NCBI GenBank assembly: GCA_004431415.1
Contig: QPMI01000048.1
Span: 62,001-126,000, forward strand
DNA length: 64,000 bases
Source of the DNA: Cyanophora paradoxa CCMP329
Lineage: Eukaryota; Plantae; Glaucophyta
Direction: 5' to 3'
Each line of letters opens with the position of its first letter. The stretch's first letter is position 1. The notes beneath the pieces are model-generated. The model was not told the DNA's origin and did no database searches. It saw only the letters and a list, made by a program, of their open reading frames with translations. The position numbers were made by a program, and so were the translations under genes. Below are positions 1 to 12,941 of this stretch, in pieces.

Positions 1-46
1 CCCGTCCCGCCCCTCCCTCCCTCACCGGGGGCCGGTCGGGGCGCAG

Positions 47-3000
47 GCGGGTCTACGAGGAGCTGCGCGCCAAGCTCCCACAGGCCGAACTCCCCGAGCT
101 GGTAGTCTGATCTCTCTGATCTCTCTATCTTTTCACTCTCTCTCGCTCGGGTCTCACGGCTCTCGCTACCTTCCCGCCAGGTCCTCGACGGGGGGGAGAA
201 GGACCTCATGCCCCGGTGCGCGCGGCGCCGTACCCCCCCCCCCTCCCTCCCTCCCCTCCCGCGCCCGCCCTCCTCCCCGCCCTCCTCTCACCCCCCGCAG
301 GTTCGCGGAGTGGCTGGGGGCGCTGGGCGCCGAGCTGCCCTCCCGCTGCCTCCTCGTCCTCGACGGACTCGACCAGGTCCTCTTTCCCTCTTCTCTCTTA
401 AGCTACGGAGCTACGGAGGTTTCTGTTTCTACGAAGCTACGGATCGTCCTTGTCCAATCTTATACCTCCCCTTCCCCCCATCTTCCAGCTTTCCTCTCCG
501 ATCCTTCTCTTTCTGCTTCCTACTCCCCCCCCCCCCCCCTCCCCCCTCCTTCCCTCCTCCCTCGCCGTCCCCTCCCCTCCGATCTAACCCTCTCCAATCC
601 AACCCCCTCCCCCTCTCTTCCAGCTTTCCTCTCCGATCCTACTCTTCCTACGTCCTTCCAATCTAACCCTCTCCAATCCAACCGGCAGCTGCTGGACCGG
701 GAGGGCGCCCAGGGCCTGGACTGGCTCCCCGCCGGCCTCGCCGGGCCCCGCCTCCGCGTCGTCCTCTCCTGCGGCCCCGGTGCGCCCTCCTAAGATTGGA
801 TCCCTAAAATTAGATCTCTAAGATTAGATCCCGGCGCCGCCGATCTCGACTCTCTCAGGACGCAAGGGGCCCGCCCGGCCCCTCGCGAGCCACGCACCTC
901 TAATACCTCTAATCTAATCTAATCTCTGATCTATGTCATCGTCGGTGACGCTGGCGGGGCGACAGGGCACGCGCTGCAGGCGGCGGAGGGCCGCGCCCAC
1001 GTCCGCCTCGACGTCACCCCCCTCACCGACGTCCAGGCCCGCCCCGCCCCCCCGCCCCCGCCCCGCCCCGCCCTTCAGAACCACCTTCAAATATTCCCAT
1101 CACCGACCCGCCCGCCCCGCCCCCCGCCCGCCCCGCCCCGCCCACTAGAACCGCGTTACGTTGCCTCGCCCCGCCATCCCCCCCCCCCCCTCCCCCCCCC
1201 TTCCGCGCGCCCCGCCGCCCCTCCGAACGAGCGCGCGCCCGGGCTGAGGCGGCGGGGCCGGGGGGCAGGCGGAGGCGCTGGTGCGGATGGACCTCGACTA
1301 CAGCGGCAAGTCCCTCTCCAAGGTGCCCCCCCCGCCCCCCCCCCCCCCCCAACCCCCTCTTCCCCCCCCCCCCGTGACGCGGCGGCGGGGCAGGAGCACC
1401 TGGGAGGGTCCTCGCCTCGCCGCAGTGCCGCACGCCCCTCTTCGTCCTCGTCGTGCGCCACATCCTAGCCGCCGCCCCCTCAACCCCCACCCCCCCACCC
1501 CCCCCGCCCCGACCCACCCGCTCCGCCCGCCCCCCGACGCCCCCGCTGCTCGGCGGCAGCTTCTGGAGGAGCTGCGGGCGTCGGCGGTGCACGGGACGCT
1601 GGGGCAGCGGCTCGAGGAGGGCCTCGCCTGCACCTCCGCCGCCGAACTCTTCGCCCTCGTCGTGCGCCCGCGCTCGCCCGCCCGCCCGTCTAAGTTGAAG
1701 GAAAAGAGCGTCTTCGATTGCGATTAACATTCCTCAAAGCGAGCTTCGTGCGCCTATCTAGGTTTAATTTCCCTTGCTCGAGCCTTTTTGCCTTGGCCCA
1801 TCGGATCCCGGATTTGATCGATGCTTTGATCTGCGGCTTGCCCCAGCAGCCTTCGACGCGCCCGAACCGACGGCCCTTCCTCCCGGCGCAGATCAAGCGG
1901 CTGGAGGGGGCGCACGGGGCGGAGCTGGTGCGGGGCGCCCTGGCGGCCGTCGCCTGCTCCCGGCGGGGCCTCGCCGAGGGCGAGATCCAGGGCCTCCTGC
2001 AGGTCCGGCCGGCCGGGTTATCAGGCTCTCTTAGGCTTCGTTGTTATTAGACGTTTATAATTAATTAGAGGTAGAGAGGTAGACCCTCTTCTCTATCTAG
2101 CTGCTGCTTCGGCTTCTATCTAGGGCGACATATCAGGCGCTATTAGACTTCAGGCGCTATTGTATTAGGGCATCCTGCAGGTTCGGCCGGCCCCGCCCCG
2201 CCCCGCCCCGCACGTTATTGAGCGCCAGCAACTTCGTTAGACGGCCTGCGCCCTTCCTTTCTTTCTTCGCATACAATCTAGTTCTTTAGTCACATAGGAC
2301 GCGCATCGCGTAACGTTGTCCTTCGTCTCACTTCCCTGTCCCCGCAGGCGGCCGGCGTGCCGCACAGCGGCCTCGCGTGGGCCGAGTTCCTCGCCGCCTC
2401 CCAGGTCCCCGCCCTCCCCCCTCCCCTCCTCGGCCCTCGTGATTTCCCGCACCTGTTGACCCTCCCCTCCTCTTCCTCCCCGCCCCCCGGCAGTCCCTCC
2501 TCTCGGAGCGGGACTCGCTGCTCGGCTTCTCCCACCGCTACGCCGAAGAGGTACGCCCCATCGAACCCGATCGAATTAAGATCGCGAGAAGAAGCGAAGA
2601 AGCGCATTTATACCGAAAGATAGATAGAGCTGACGCGCGCGCTCCCCCGCAGGCGGTGGTGCGGGCGTACCTCACCTCGCCGGAGGCGCGGGCCCGGGAG
2701 CAGGGGCGCCTCGGGGAGCACTTCGCGGGGCTCCCGCCCTCCGCCCGCCGCGCCGAGGAGGCCCCCTGGCAGCTCGCCCACGTGCGTCCTTACATAACTT
2801 TTAAGAGATTCTATTAGGAAAACTTCCTCCGTTTCTAGGAGATTCTATTAGAGATTCTATTAGGAGATTCTATTAGAGATTCTATTAGGGCGCGCTAGAG
2901 GCCCCCTGCCAGCTCGCCCACGTAAGAGAATTACAACTTCTAGGAGATTCTATTAGGAAGACTTCCCCCGTTTCTAGGAGATTCTATTAGAGATTCTATT

Positions 3001-6000
3001 GGCAAGAGGGCGCGGGCCCGAGAGGGGGCGCGCTAGAGGCCCCCTGGCAGCTCGCCCACGTCCGTTCCTCGCGCCCCTGCCCGCGCGTCACAAGGGAACT
3101 TCTATTGTTCTCGGAGATCGCTTAAGCGTGTTGTTCTAGGCTCTCTTCCCTGGTAGCGTAGCTTCCTTGGGGGGACCCGCCGACCTGACAGCTCGCCTGC
3201 GTTCGCTTCATCATAATAGCTCCTTCTTAGCCTCTCAGCTTCTTAGCTGCTGGAATCGGTGCCCCGCTGACTTTGTCGCGCGGCAGGCGGGCCCGGGCCA
3301 CGGGGCGCGGCTCGCCTCGCTCCTCTGCGAGCCCGACGTCCTTCAGGTGCCCCGTACCCCCCTAGGCCTTTCCCCCCCCCACCCGCCCCGGCCCTTCGCC
3401 CTTCGCCCCTCGCCCTCCGGCGCCCCTCGCCTTGCGCGCCTCCTCAGACGTTGGCCTTTTGCCAGCCCCTCTAGCCCTTTGCCTTCTGCCTCGCGCGCCT
3501 TTTTGAGCCCCCACAAGCCTCGCTCGCTCACGCGCCCCGCCCCAGACTTCTGCCTTCCGCCCTCCCGCGCCCCACTAGCCTCTCTAGCCTCGCTAGCCTC
3601 GCTCGCTCACGCGCCCTCACGCCCGCCGGGCAGCACGTGCCGGCGGAGGAGCTGGCGCGCTTCTGGGCCGCCTCGGACCGCGAGGCCGACGCCGCCTCCC
3701 TCCTCGGCAAGTGCGTGGGATCGAATCCCCTCCGGACCCCCTCCCGCCCCCTTAAGCTTCCGACCCGGAGTGGGCGCGGGGGCGTGGCTAGAATCAAATC
3801 CAGAGAGAGAGATCATATCTAGAAAGCAAATCTGGAGAGCAAATCTAAAGATCAAATTTAGATCAAATGTAGATCTGGGCCGCCTCAGACCGCGAGGCCG
3901 ACGCGGCCTCCCTCATGGGCACGTGCGTGGGATCGAATCCAGAGATCAAATGTGGAGATCGAATCTAGATCGAATCCGCCCGCCCGCGCGGATCAAATTA
4001 CCTCAGAGCTGGAGCGAGGCCGGCCGGGCCGCCCCAGCCTCTGGCCCGGCCCGCGCCCGCGCCCGCGAGCCGGTCGAATCTAGAGATCAAATCTAGATCA
4101 AATCCGCGCGTATCACATCAGAGCCGGAGCGAGGTGGGCCGCCCTAGCCTCTGGCCCGGCCCGACCCCGCCCGTGCCTACGCATACGTGCCGCGGCTAGA
4201 CAACAACGAGCCGTCGCTATCATATCATACCGACCCCGCGCCTCCGCCTCCGCCGCAGGGGCATCGCGAACTTCCGGACGGGGGCGGGGGCGGGGGACCC
4301 CAGCGCCGTCGCCGCCTGCTTCGAGGGCGCCGCCCGCGCCCTTGTCCACCTCGGCCAGGTCCGCCCTTTTTATATATAGCTAAGCTTTGGATTCCTTTAA
4401 CTCATTTAGCTAAGCTATAAGCTTTACATCATTTAGCTGAGCTATAAGCTCTATATCATTCCGTCTCTCCCGCGCGTCCATTGAGTCTTGCCCTCGCGAG
4501 TTACGCTTTGAACAAGCTAAAGTACAAGCGAGCTAGAAGCTTCCTAGACTTCTTTAAGCTTTCTAGCCCTTGGCAAGCAGCACCCCCGGGTCCGTGCGAG
4601 CGAACCGCCTTCGTACCTCCTAAAGCCTCTTAACTTCTGAAAGCTTCCTAGCGCTACATTCATAGCTATAGCATCCTTCTCGGCTATCGGGCTCCCGATG
4701 CGAGGCGAGGCGAGCTCCGAGGCGACTCCCCCCATCCCGTTCTGCCCCCGACGGGCTCCCTATTGCCAGCGAGCCGCAGGGCTCCCGGCCTCTGCCCCCG
4801 CGCTCTGCCCGGCCTGGTCTGACCCGCCCCCCCCCCCCCCCCCCCCCCTCGCTCAGGTGGCGGCGGTGCTGGAGGGCCACGCAGCGATGCTGGGGAGCCG
4901 CGGCCGCCACGCCGAGGCCGAGCTCCTCCTCCAGGTCCGCCCCCTCCTTTAAGAGACTCTCTCTTCTCTAGGAGGACTGTGGGCTGTTAGAGATCCCCGG
5001 GGCTTTTAACAGGAGCTTCCTCTAACTTCATAAAGCTCTTAACTTCATAAAGCTCTTAACTTCTAGCTTCCACGGCCTCGGCGTGGCGGAGCTCGCCGAG
5101 GCCGAGCTCCTCCTCCAGGTCCGCCATGTAGAGCTAGATCCCCGCCCCGGGCTCCGCCCCAGGCCTTCCTCTATTTTCCTACTAGAGTGAAGGACCCCTC
5201 TATTTTTTAAAAAAGACTACGCCCCTCACAAGACTTCTTTATAGAGAGGACTATGTCCGCCCGCTCCCCCGCCCCCTCTATCGCACAGTGGCCATGCTAA
5301 TGCCACCGGGCCGAACCCCTTCCCTCATGATCTCCTGGCTCACTCGCTCGGCCCCCTCCTCCCCCCTTCCCGCAGCGTGCGCTGGGGATCCTGGAGAAGG
5401 GGCTGGGCGGGGGGCACCCCCGCGTAGCCGGCGCCCTCGACCACCTCGCCGCCGCCCTCGGCGCCCAGGTCCGCCCGGCCGCTTGGGTTTGAATCTCTAA
5501 CGGCCTGTTGGCTTTCTCTCTATCTTCGTGTTTATCGCGACTACGGTCTAGGCCCTTCGGAGCGCCCGCCCGATCCCGGCCCGGCTCTTGACCATGACCC
5601 CGCGTGCATGACCCCGCTAGGTTCTAAGATCGCGGCTTTGTTCTAAGACCCCCATCCGATCGGATCCGATGTATGCGGCCGCCCCTTGAGCTCGGGCATG
5701 GGCCCCTTAAGTGATCGCGGCTATGTTCTAAGACCCCCATCTGATCTCTTGAGCTTGATCATGACCTCTTAAGCTTGACCATGAAGCGGATCGCAACCGC
5801 GGTCTAGGCTCTGACCACGGCCCCGGCCCCGCGCGCAGGGCAAGCTCGCCCAGGCAACCGACGCCTTCCAGGTGCGAATCACGAAGCGCTAAGATTACTC
5901 CGCTCTGCTGCCGCTCCTGCGGGCATCAACTCGTTCTACGCAGCGGGCGCTGCGAGTGCACGAGGCGACGCTGGGGCCGACGCACCCGCGCGTCGCCCGC

Positions 6001-9000
6001 TCCCTCTCCAATATCGCGACCCTCCTCCTCGCCCAGAAGGTCGGGAGCCCGCCCCGCCCCTTTTACGGGACCGGCTCTAAGAAACCGGCCTCGCGTTGGA
6101 ACCGCATTGTTTGCGAGGAGTCGTTCGCAATCTGACTGCGGGCGGCCGCAGAACTTTTCCGAAGCCGAGTCCTGCGTCCAGGTGCCCTCCGCCGAGCTCT
6201 GCTGAGCTCAGCTGAGCGCCTGCCTGAGCTTGGGCCCTCGCCCTTTCTGCGCAGCGGGCGATGCGGATCCTGGAGCGGGCGCACGGGCCGGGGGCCCCCG
6301 AGCTCGCCCCGCTCCTCTCCACCCTGGCCCGCATCCAGCAGGCCCGCCCCGCCCCGCCCTTTTCCTCGTGCTTTCTTGGGGTTCGAGGCCTAGACTGGGA
6401 AAGAGGGGCGCGCCGCCTCAATTATCGGAGTCTGCTGAGGAAAGAGGCGCAAGGAAGCCAACTGCTGACCGGCATCGCTCGCGATCCGCGCGCAGGCGCA
6501 GGAGAAGACGGGGGACGTCGAGCGGACCCTCTCCGTGCGCCCCGCCGCCCCGCCCCGCCCCGCCCCGGTCTCTGGCCCGCCCCGGCCCCGGCCCCGGCCC
6601 CCCTCCAGTCTCTGGCCGTGCTTTCGAGAGCCACTGGTCGCGGCGGCGCACCCATCCTCGCGCTAGCTCCGTTCCTCCCCAGTCTCTGAGTCTACCACGC
6701 TGGCGGCCGGGCGGCGTTTCTCTGAGTCCCCGCCCCGGTCTCTGGCCGGCGTTTTTTCCTAGCCTCGTCCCACCCTCGCCCCGACTAGCCGCGCTGCCAA
6801 TGTAGCTCTAGATCTAGCTCGGCGGCGGCGGCGCTAGTCTCGCTCCGGCCGCGCTGCGCATCCAGCTCGCCCCCCTTTGCCTGGGACCTCGAGCTCACTC
6901 GCTGCTGACGGCCCCGTGCGGCAGAGGGCGGTGGAGATCCGCGCGTCGACGGCGGCCCCCGGCGCCGGCGGCGCCGACACCGCCGCCGCCCTCACCGAGC
7001 TCGCCGAGGTGCGCCGCGCCCCCTCTAGTAGATTCTAATAGAGCTCTAAGTACGGAGATGGAGCTCTTATCAAAGAGCTCTAATAGAGCTCTCTAATAGA
7101 GCTCTAAGCACGGAGATGGAGCCCTTATTACAGAGCTCTCATAGAGCTCTGAGCCGCCCCGGACTCTGGGCTCCCAGCTAGGAGCCTCTAGATCCACGCA
7201 AGTTCTGGAGGCCGCTCCCGAGAGCTCCCGAGCTCCCGAGCTCTCGCGCTCACGCCGCCCCCCCGCCCCCCGCGCCCCCCGCGCAGGCGCTGGAGAAGCA
7301 GGAGAAGCTCGACGAGGCCTCCGACCTCTTCAAGGCCCGCCCCGCCCCGCCCCGCCCGCCCTGCATCTGGCGCCCCTGTTCTGAAGCGCCAGCCGGCGCT
7401 AGCTCCCAGCGCCTATCACCTAGCGCTCCGCTCCACGCCGCCTCGCGCGATCTAGATCCTGCGAGTGTTCCCGCCCCATCCTATCCTAGTCGCGGTCCTC
7501 CGAGCCGCGCCTCTGTATTCCTCTGACGGCGGGGGCGGCCCTCTCTGAGCAGAAGGCGCTGGACCTGCTGGAGGCGGAGGCGAGCCCGCCCCTCCCCAAG
7601 ATCGCCGTCGCCGCCAGGTCCGACGCGGCCGCCTCCCCGCCCCGCCGCTCCGCTGCTAGCCACGGATCGCTCTCGTAAGCGGTGGCGCCCGCTCGCCGCT
7701 CTTCGGGATTAGATCGTTTCGCGCCGGCGTCTGGGCCAGGCTCATCGCGCGGGCTCGGGCAGGCGCCTGGGGCGCATAGATGCACCGGACGCCCCTCTAG
7801 ACCGCGCCCGCCCGCCCGCCCGCCCGCCCGCCCGCCGCTATTCTTAGGCTCATCGCGCGGGCCGGGGCAGGCACCTGGGGCTCATAGATGCCCCGTAGAC
7901 CCCTTTAGACGGCCCCCGCCCGCCCGCCGCTCCCGGGGCCGGCTTGACGCGGCCTCGCGCGGGCAGGCACCTGGGGCTGATCTACATGACGCTGGACCGC
8001 ATGGACGACGCCGAGCCCCTCCTCAAGGCGCCCCCTACCCCCCTCCGCCCCCTCCTCCTTCGCCTCTTCTGACCCCGTCTCTGCGCAGCGGGCGCTGGAG
8101 GCGCGGGAGCTGGCGCTGGGCAAGGAGCACGCCCTGGTCCGTTCGTTGGTCGAGCTCAGGCTTCCTAAAGCTCAAGCTTCCTATATCTTCTCCCCTCGCT
8201 TGCTCCGCTTTCACCTCTAGATCTCCCACCCGCTCGCCTTCGCTCACGTGGGGCCTGCCTCAGGTGGCGGAGTCCCTCTGCGACCTCGCCGATCTCCTCA
8301 ACTTCCAGGCCCGCCCCCCATCTTCCCAATTACAAGGCTCTTTTTAAAGCTCTCTTTAATCAAAGCTCTTTTTAAAGCTTCTATAAGACCTTCTCATGGA
8401 CGACCTCCTCAACTTCCAGGCCCGCCCCCCCACGCCCCGCCCCGACATTTCAAAGCCGAACATCTATAAGCCGTCAACCTCGTCCTTTTATTTTAAAGCT
8501 GCCGTCAGCCTCCGTCCTTCTATAAGCCAAACATCCCATCTATGACGATGGGTTGTTGGCCGTTGGGTCCGGCCGCTTGGACTTGGGCCGCCTGTTCCCT
8601 CTCCCCCCGCCGCTTCCCTCTCCCGTTCCCGCCTTCCCCCGCCGCACTCTTGCTCTGACCGGGCGCCGCCCGCCGCCCGCCGGCGCAGGCGAACCACGCG
8701 GACGCCAAGCGACAGCTGAAGGCGCGCCCGCCCCCGGCCCCCCTTCCGCCCTTCCCTGTTCTCCCGCGCAGCTGGATCCGCAGCTGACGCCGCCCCCGCC
8801 CCCGCCCCGCCCTGCCCCGCAGCGCGCGCTGGCGATCCGGGAGGCGGCGTCGGGGCCCGCCCACCCCTCCGTCGCCGAGGTGGCCCAGTACCCCCGCCCT
8901 GTAGAATTTAGGCGGAACTAGATACGCTTCTTGAACGGAAGCACGCCTAGCGCCTCCGCCACACCCGCTCCTAGCTGGGGACCTAGTTCCCTCGCCTAAA

Positions 9001-9940
9001 TTCTACGGCCCGCCCACCCCTCCGTCGCTGAGGTGGCCCCGCCCTAGATCTTGAGCCTAGGCCTAGGTCCTGACGCCCCGCGCCCCGTCCCGGCGCGCCC
9101 CGCCCCGCCCCCCGGCAGACGCTGGTGAGCCTGGCGGAGACGTTCGAATTCATCGACTGCTACCTCGACGCCGAGCCCCTCTTCAAGGCCCGCCCCGCCC
9201 CGCCCGAACCGCTTCTGGGACTCTATAAGACTAATTTCAATCTTATCATATGCGGGTCTTTGAAGCCATCCAGGCCTTCGCCTCGATGCTTCTGACTCTC
9301 TCCGACTCTTCGTTTGCGTGCGCGGTGCGCAGAGGGCGTACGAGATCCGCTGCGCGGCGCAGGGCCCCGGCCACAGGGACGCCATCCACGCCCTCGGCAG
9401 GCCCGCCCGCCCGCCTCCTTTCCCTCCCGTTCCCTACAGCTTTCTCTTCTGAACTCTAGGCCTTCGCGCGCAGCCTGGTGGAGTGCCAGATGAAGCAGGG
9501 GCGCGAGGAGGAGGCCATCGAGCTCCTCGAGAAGGTGCTCGACGTGCATAATTATTCCTTTCTACATAGCGGGTTCGCCTATGCATATGGCACGATAAGA
9601 TCAAATATTCAAGGTCTAAATAATCGGGGGACAAGATGGGGAGGGTGCTTGAGACATCGCTTACGTATGTACTGCCAGCGCATCGCTCAGAAAGATCGAA
9701 ACAATAGAAGTCGAAACGCCTAAACCGTTGAACGTGTCCTTATAATCAACACTAAACCATTTAGGAAATAGTCTGACTGGGGTGAGGGGGCAGGAGGTGG
9801 CGGCGGGCGGGGCGCAGGCGGAGGCGGCGGCGCCGCTGCTGTCGCGGGCGTACGAGGCGGCGGGGAAGGAGGAGGAGGGCGCCGCCATCCGCCGCGCCTA
9901 CGGCCTCCCCGCCGCCACCTCCCGCGCCAGCAACCTGTAG
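47..9940 (+). CDS. Multi-exon NACHT/NPHP3-like P-loop ATPase with C-terminal TPR array (5' end upstream of window)
   Basis: Hand-spliced exons give RCLLVLDGLDQL (Walker B, ~350-376), GLDWLP..RVVLSC, and ACSRRGLAEGEI. These are followed by repeated kinesin-light-chain-type TPRs (AELLLQRALGILEKGLGGGHPRVA, RALRVHEATLGPTHPRVARSLSNIA, AEPLLKRALEARELALGKEHALVAESL, RALAIREAASGPAHPSVAE). The last exon is 9794-9940 and ends in TAG. Confidence 0.85.
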
Positions 9941-10108
9941 CGAGCTCGAGGGAGGGTTTGGCCGGCCCGCGCAGGGCCGCTCCAGCGCTATAAGTAGCGG
10001 GCGGGACCGCGTCTTTAAACCGCTGCAGTGACTCGGCTAGTTACTAGTTAGTTAGTTGGTCAATTAGAGATGCATGGCGCGGCCAGATGTACAGCGGCGG
10101 CGGCGACG

Positions 10109-10152
<44 letters not shown>

Positions 10153-10479
10153 CGATGACTGTTGTTCGCAATATTGTGCAACCCTTCGTCGTCATGCGTG
10201 CAACACTTATTCAAATATTAATTTCGCCCCTCGCTTACTCTACAATGTAGTATGTCTACGCGTGGCATATATATCAGGGTCATTATCGCGTCCCTACAAG
10301 GCTATCAACCCCTCTAAATCTGTACTGTCGGCCAGCCCCGAGCTCGAGGCCGTCACACGGCGTCGTCCCAGAGTCGGACCCAGACGGTCAGGCCGTTGCC
10401 GCTGGGCCTAAGCGAGCAAACGGTTTTTTTGAGGCCTCCGTCCTTCCCGTTGATCATGAAGTTTAACTCGTTCATGATC
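9785..10479 (+). repeat. Left copy of direct duplication (last TPR-gene exon + 3' region)
   Basis: Near-identical to 56490-57084. Includes the GCA microsatellite (~10095-10151). This copy has an extra ~110 bp at ~10185-10290. Confidence 0.95.
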
Positions 10480-10772
10480 CGCGTTGCCAGCCGCGGAGCA
10501 GCTGGGAATCACTGTTGCTCTTGTGGCCATGGGCTGTCGATTATGATTATTTGCGCACGCCGGCAGTACTAGTAGAGGTTGGTTAGTAAGCTAGTTATGC
10601 AGCGTGTCCTAGTTAGTCTCTAAATTAAATGCTCGGCTGCATGCGCATGAGCTGCTGTAGACTGTCATCAGCTGCATGCATATGTATTGACTTTTGGCGA
10701 GGAAACTTGAAATTTTGAAAAAAATCTCATTTCACTCGCTACTGTACATGTAGTACTCGCTATATATCGCCA

Positions 10773-11230
10773 TCATTCTCGATGATCGTCGACCTCCTCG
10801 AGATCGGCGCAGTGGCGACACGTGCAGAAGCGCCGGTCGGATGAGCGCGGCGCGCAGCCTGGGAAAGGGTAGATGCGGGGGCCTGGAAGCTTCTTGCCAC
10901 GTGTACTCGTCCTGCCGAACTCCGCGCCGAGCAGCCTCTTGACGCACGCCTCGCAGAAAACGTGCGTCTTGTCCTTCTGGAAAACGAACGCGCTCCGCTG
11001 CTTGAGCGAGGCTCCGCTGCGCGCGCCAGGCTCATGATCAAGTCGACGTCCCAGAAAAGATTTAACAGTTGCTAAACGGTTTTCGATATAGCTATATAGC
11101 GCGCGTGCGCGCGTGCGCGCGCGCACCAGTGGCACTGGCCATGGGCGACGTCGACATTCCCGTCGCGGTTTGGGTTCGAATTCGCCATCCGCCGTAGCTC
11201 CGCTCTTACTTCGGCTTTCCCCTTGGACAT
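10773..11230 (-). pseudogene. Truncated paralog of the zinc finger-GTPase gene (zinc finger only, two Cys lost)
   Basis: Exon 1 reads MSKGKAEVRAELRRMANSNPNRDGNVDVAHGQCH|C. Exon 2 reads GASLKQRSAFVFQKDKTHVFCEACVKRLLG..RIYPFPGCAPRSSDRRFCTCRHC..*. Same intron position as in 28321 and 48862. C>F and C>Y changes relative to those copies. Confidence 0.75.
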
Positions 11231-11867
11231 CGTGGCCTTCGAAGAAGTACGGCAAGCCGATCACCGCGGATCCCGGCGCGGTCGATCGCGAATCCCCGGC
11301 GCGGGCCGATTAACTTGTAATATTGCGGCGCCGCCACGGGCCGGGCGCCGAACAACTAACCAGGCTAGTTCCAGCCTAGTACCATGCAGCTGCAAGGTAA
11401 TATAAGCGCTTTGATTGATTTATCATAGTACTACGGTATGCTGCGTCGATATATGCATATTGCTTTTTTTGTGAATATCCGGCCACAGTCACTGAGTCTC
11501 GGATCGATCGATAGATTCGATACACGATCATACATGTACACCAGACTTTGGGGGTAGGTGTTTGCTTAGCCCGCCATAGAAAGAACTCAGGATTCGGCAA
11601 TTTATTAAATTATATCGCCACGGCACAATTTTTGCAATATTAATTAAATCCGGGCCGGTTTCGCCGTTAAAACATTTCGATATATATCGCGATCGGTCGA
11701 TCAAATTCGGCAGTTAATTTAAAGAAGCAGCAATTTCAGCACTAATTAAAGAAGAAAAAATTTCGATCAGCACGCAATTTTCAGCACTAATTGCTTGAAT
11801 TGCTTGAATTGGGGTAAACCCATATGTACCCGGCAGAGCGGCGAAATTCTTAACAATTATGGCAGTG

Positions 11868-11890
11868 AGCCATTGTTGTATTTCGCCGGC
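11868..11890 (-). promoter_or_regulatory. Conserved upstream motif GCCGGCGAAA(T/A)ACAACAATGGCT
   Basis: The same motif occurs at 24607-24629 (and once in each tandem unit), 28041-28063 (variant) and 48139-48161. It is always upstream of, and co-oriented with, a zinc finger-GTPase gene. Function unknown. Confidence 0.5.
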
Positions 11891-12155
11891 GCGAGTTTTT
11901 CTCCAGCAGGGCAGGCCCGGCCGCGGCCAGCCACAACGGCCCACCTGTACTAACGGTACAAATTCACAGTACAATTGCAAGCGCTCGCGATCGCGATCGA
12001 GCTCGCCGGCTCGCAGCAGTGCACCTACGTATACGTGTATACGTGTACGTATATACGCGTACGGGCCTACAGCGGTAGTACAGAGTACTTACTACAGACT
12101 GTACAGCCGCACTCACGTCTGCCGCGGTCTGCGGTCCGGTCCGAATTCGAAGCTA

Positions 12156-12619
12156 CCGTGTAAGACTAATATACCGCGCTGACTTAACTACCGCGCTGCC
12201 AAATTACCGCGCCCAAAAGTTTTAGAACGCAGTAATTTGGTAGCGCAGTACGTATTACCCCCTTTGCTAACAAATAATACATTATCGAAGACGATGGAAC
12301 GCGGTAATTTGGTAGCGCGGTAAAGCGCAAATCGGGCCCAAATTTTTGGAACGCGCTAATTTGTGACGCGGTAATACGCGGCGGTACTGTAGGACGGCTT
12401 TTTTAGCCGTCGTTTTATTTTGCCGTAAATTGCCGAGAGGCCGAATTCGGCAATTTTAAGGGACGGCAATGTTGTGGGGGGTAGAGAGTTTCCAAGGCCC
12501 CCATAGAGCGAATGTCTGGATTCGGCAATTTATCACCACGGCAATTCCGGTTTGGGCGAATTCGGCAATTTTTCACCACGGCAATTTAAGCCGTCCTACA
12601 GTATTGAAGTCTTACACAG
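12156..12619. mobile_element. Tc1/mariner-type MITE (TA TSD) carrying a nested MITE
   Basis: Ends TA|CCGTGTAAGACT ... AGTCTTACACAG|TA. Internal TACCGCG/CGCGGTA repeats. Related to 48318-48563. Confidence 0.75.
12387..12601. mobile_element. Nested MITE with TA TSD
   Basis: Perfect TIR TA|CTGTAGGACGGCTT ... AAGCCGTCCTACAG|TA. Internal AATTGCCG/CGGCAATT repeats. Confidence 0.85.
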
Positions 12620-12665
12620 TAACTAGTAACGACGAAGGCGGGTCCGCCTGCGCATATGCGGCATA

Positions 12666-12890
12666 CTGTAGGAATGCTTAAATTGCCGCGTAGTTAAATT
12701 GCCGAATTCGACCAAAACCAGAATTGCCGTGGCGATAAATTGCCGAAATTCTGGATTTCTTCTATGGCGCCATACAAAAGCGGCCGTTTAGCCCTACCCC
12801 CTGAGAATTGCCGCGGCTCTAAATTGCCGAATTCAGCCTCTCTGCAATATACGGCAATTTAAAACATCGGCTAAAAAAGCATTCCTACAG
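12666..12890. mobile_element. MITE with TA TSD, same family as 12387-12601, opposite orientation
   Basis: Perfect TIR TA|CTGTAGGAATGCTT ... AAGCATTCCTACAG|TA. Confidence 0.85.
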
Positions 12891-12941
12891 TAATATTAAT
12901 GCGGGTGCGGTGCTGGGGGCGGGGCGGGGGTACCGGTAGCA

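Noticed and set aside
10680-10747. Possible MITE end (TACAGTAGCGAG on minus strand)
   Set aside because: No matching second terminal repeat found.
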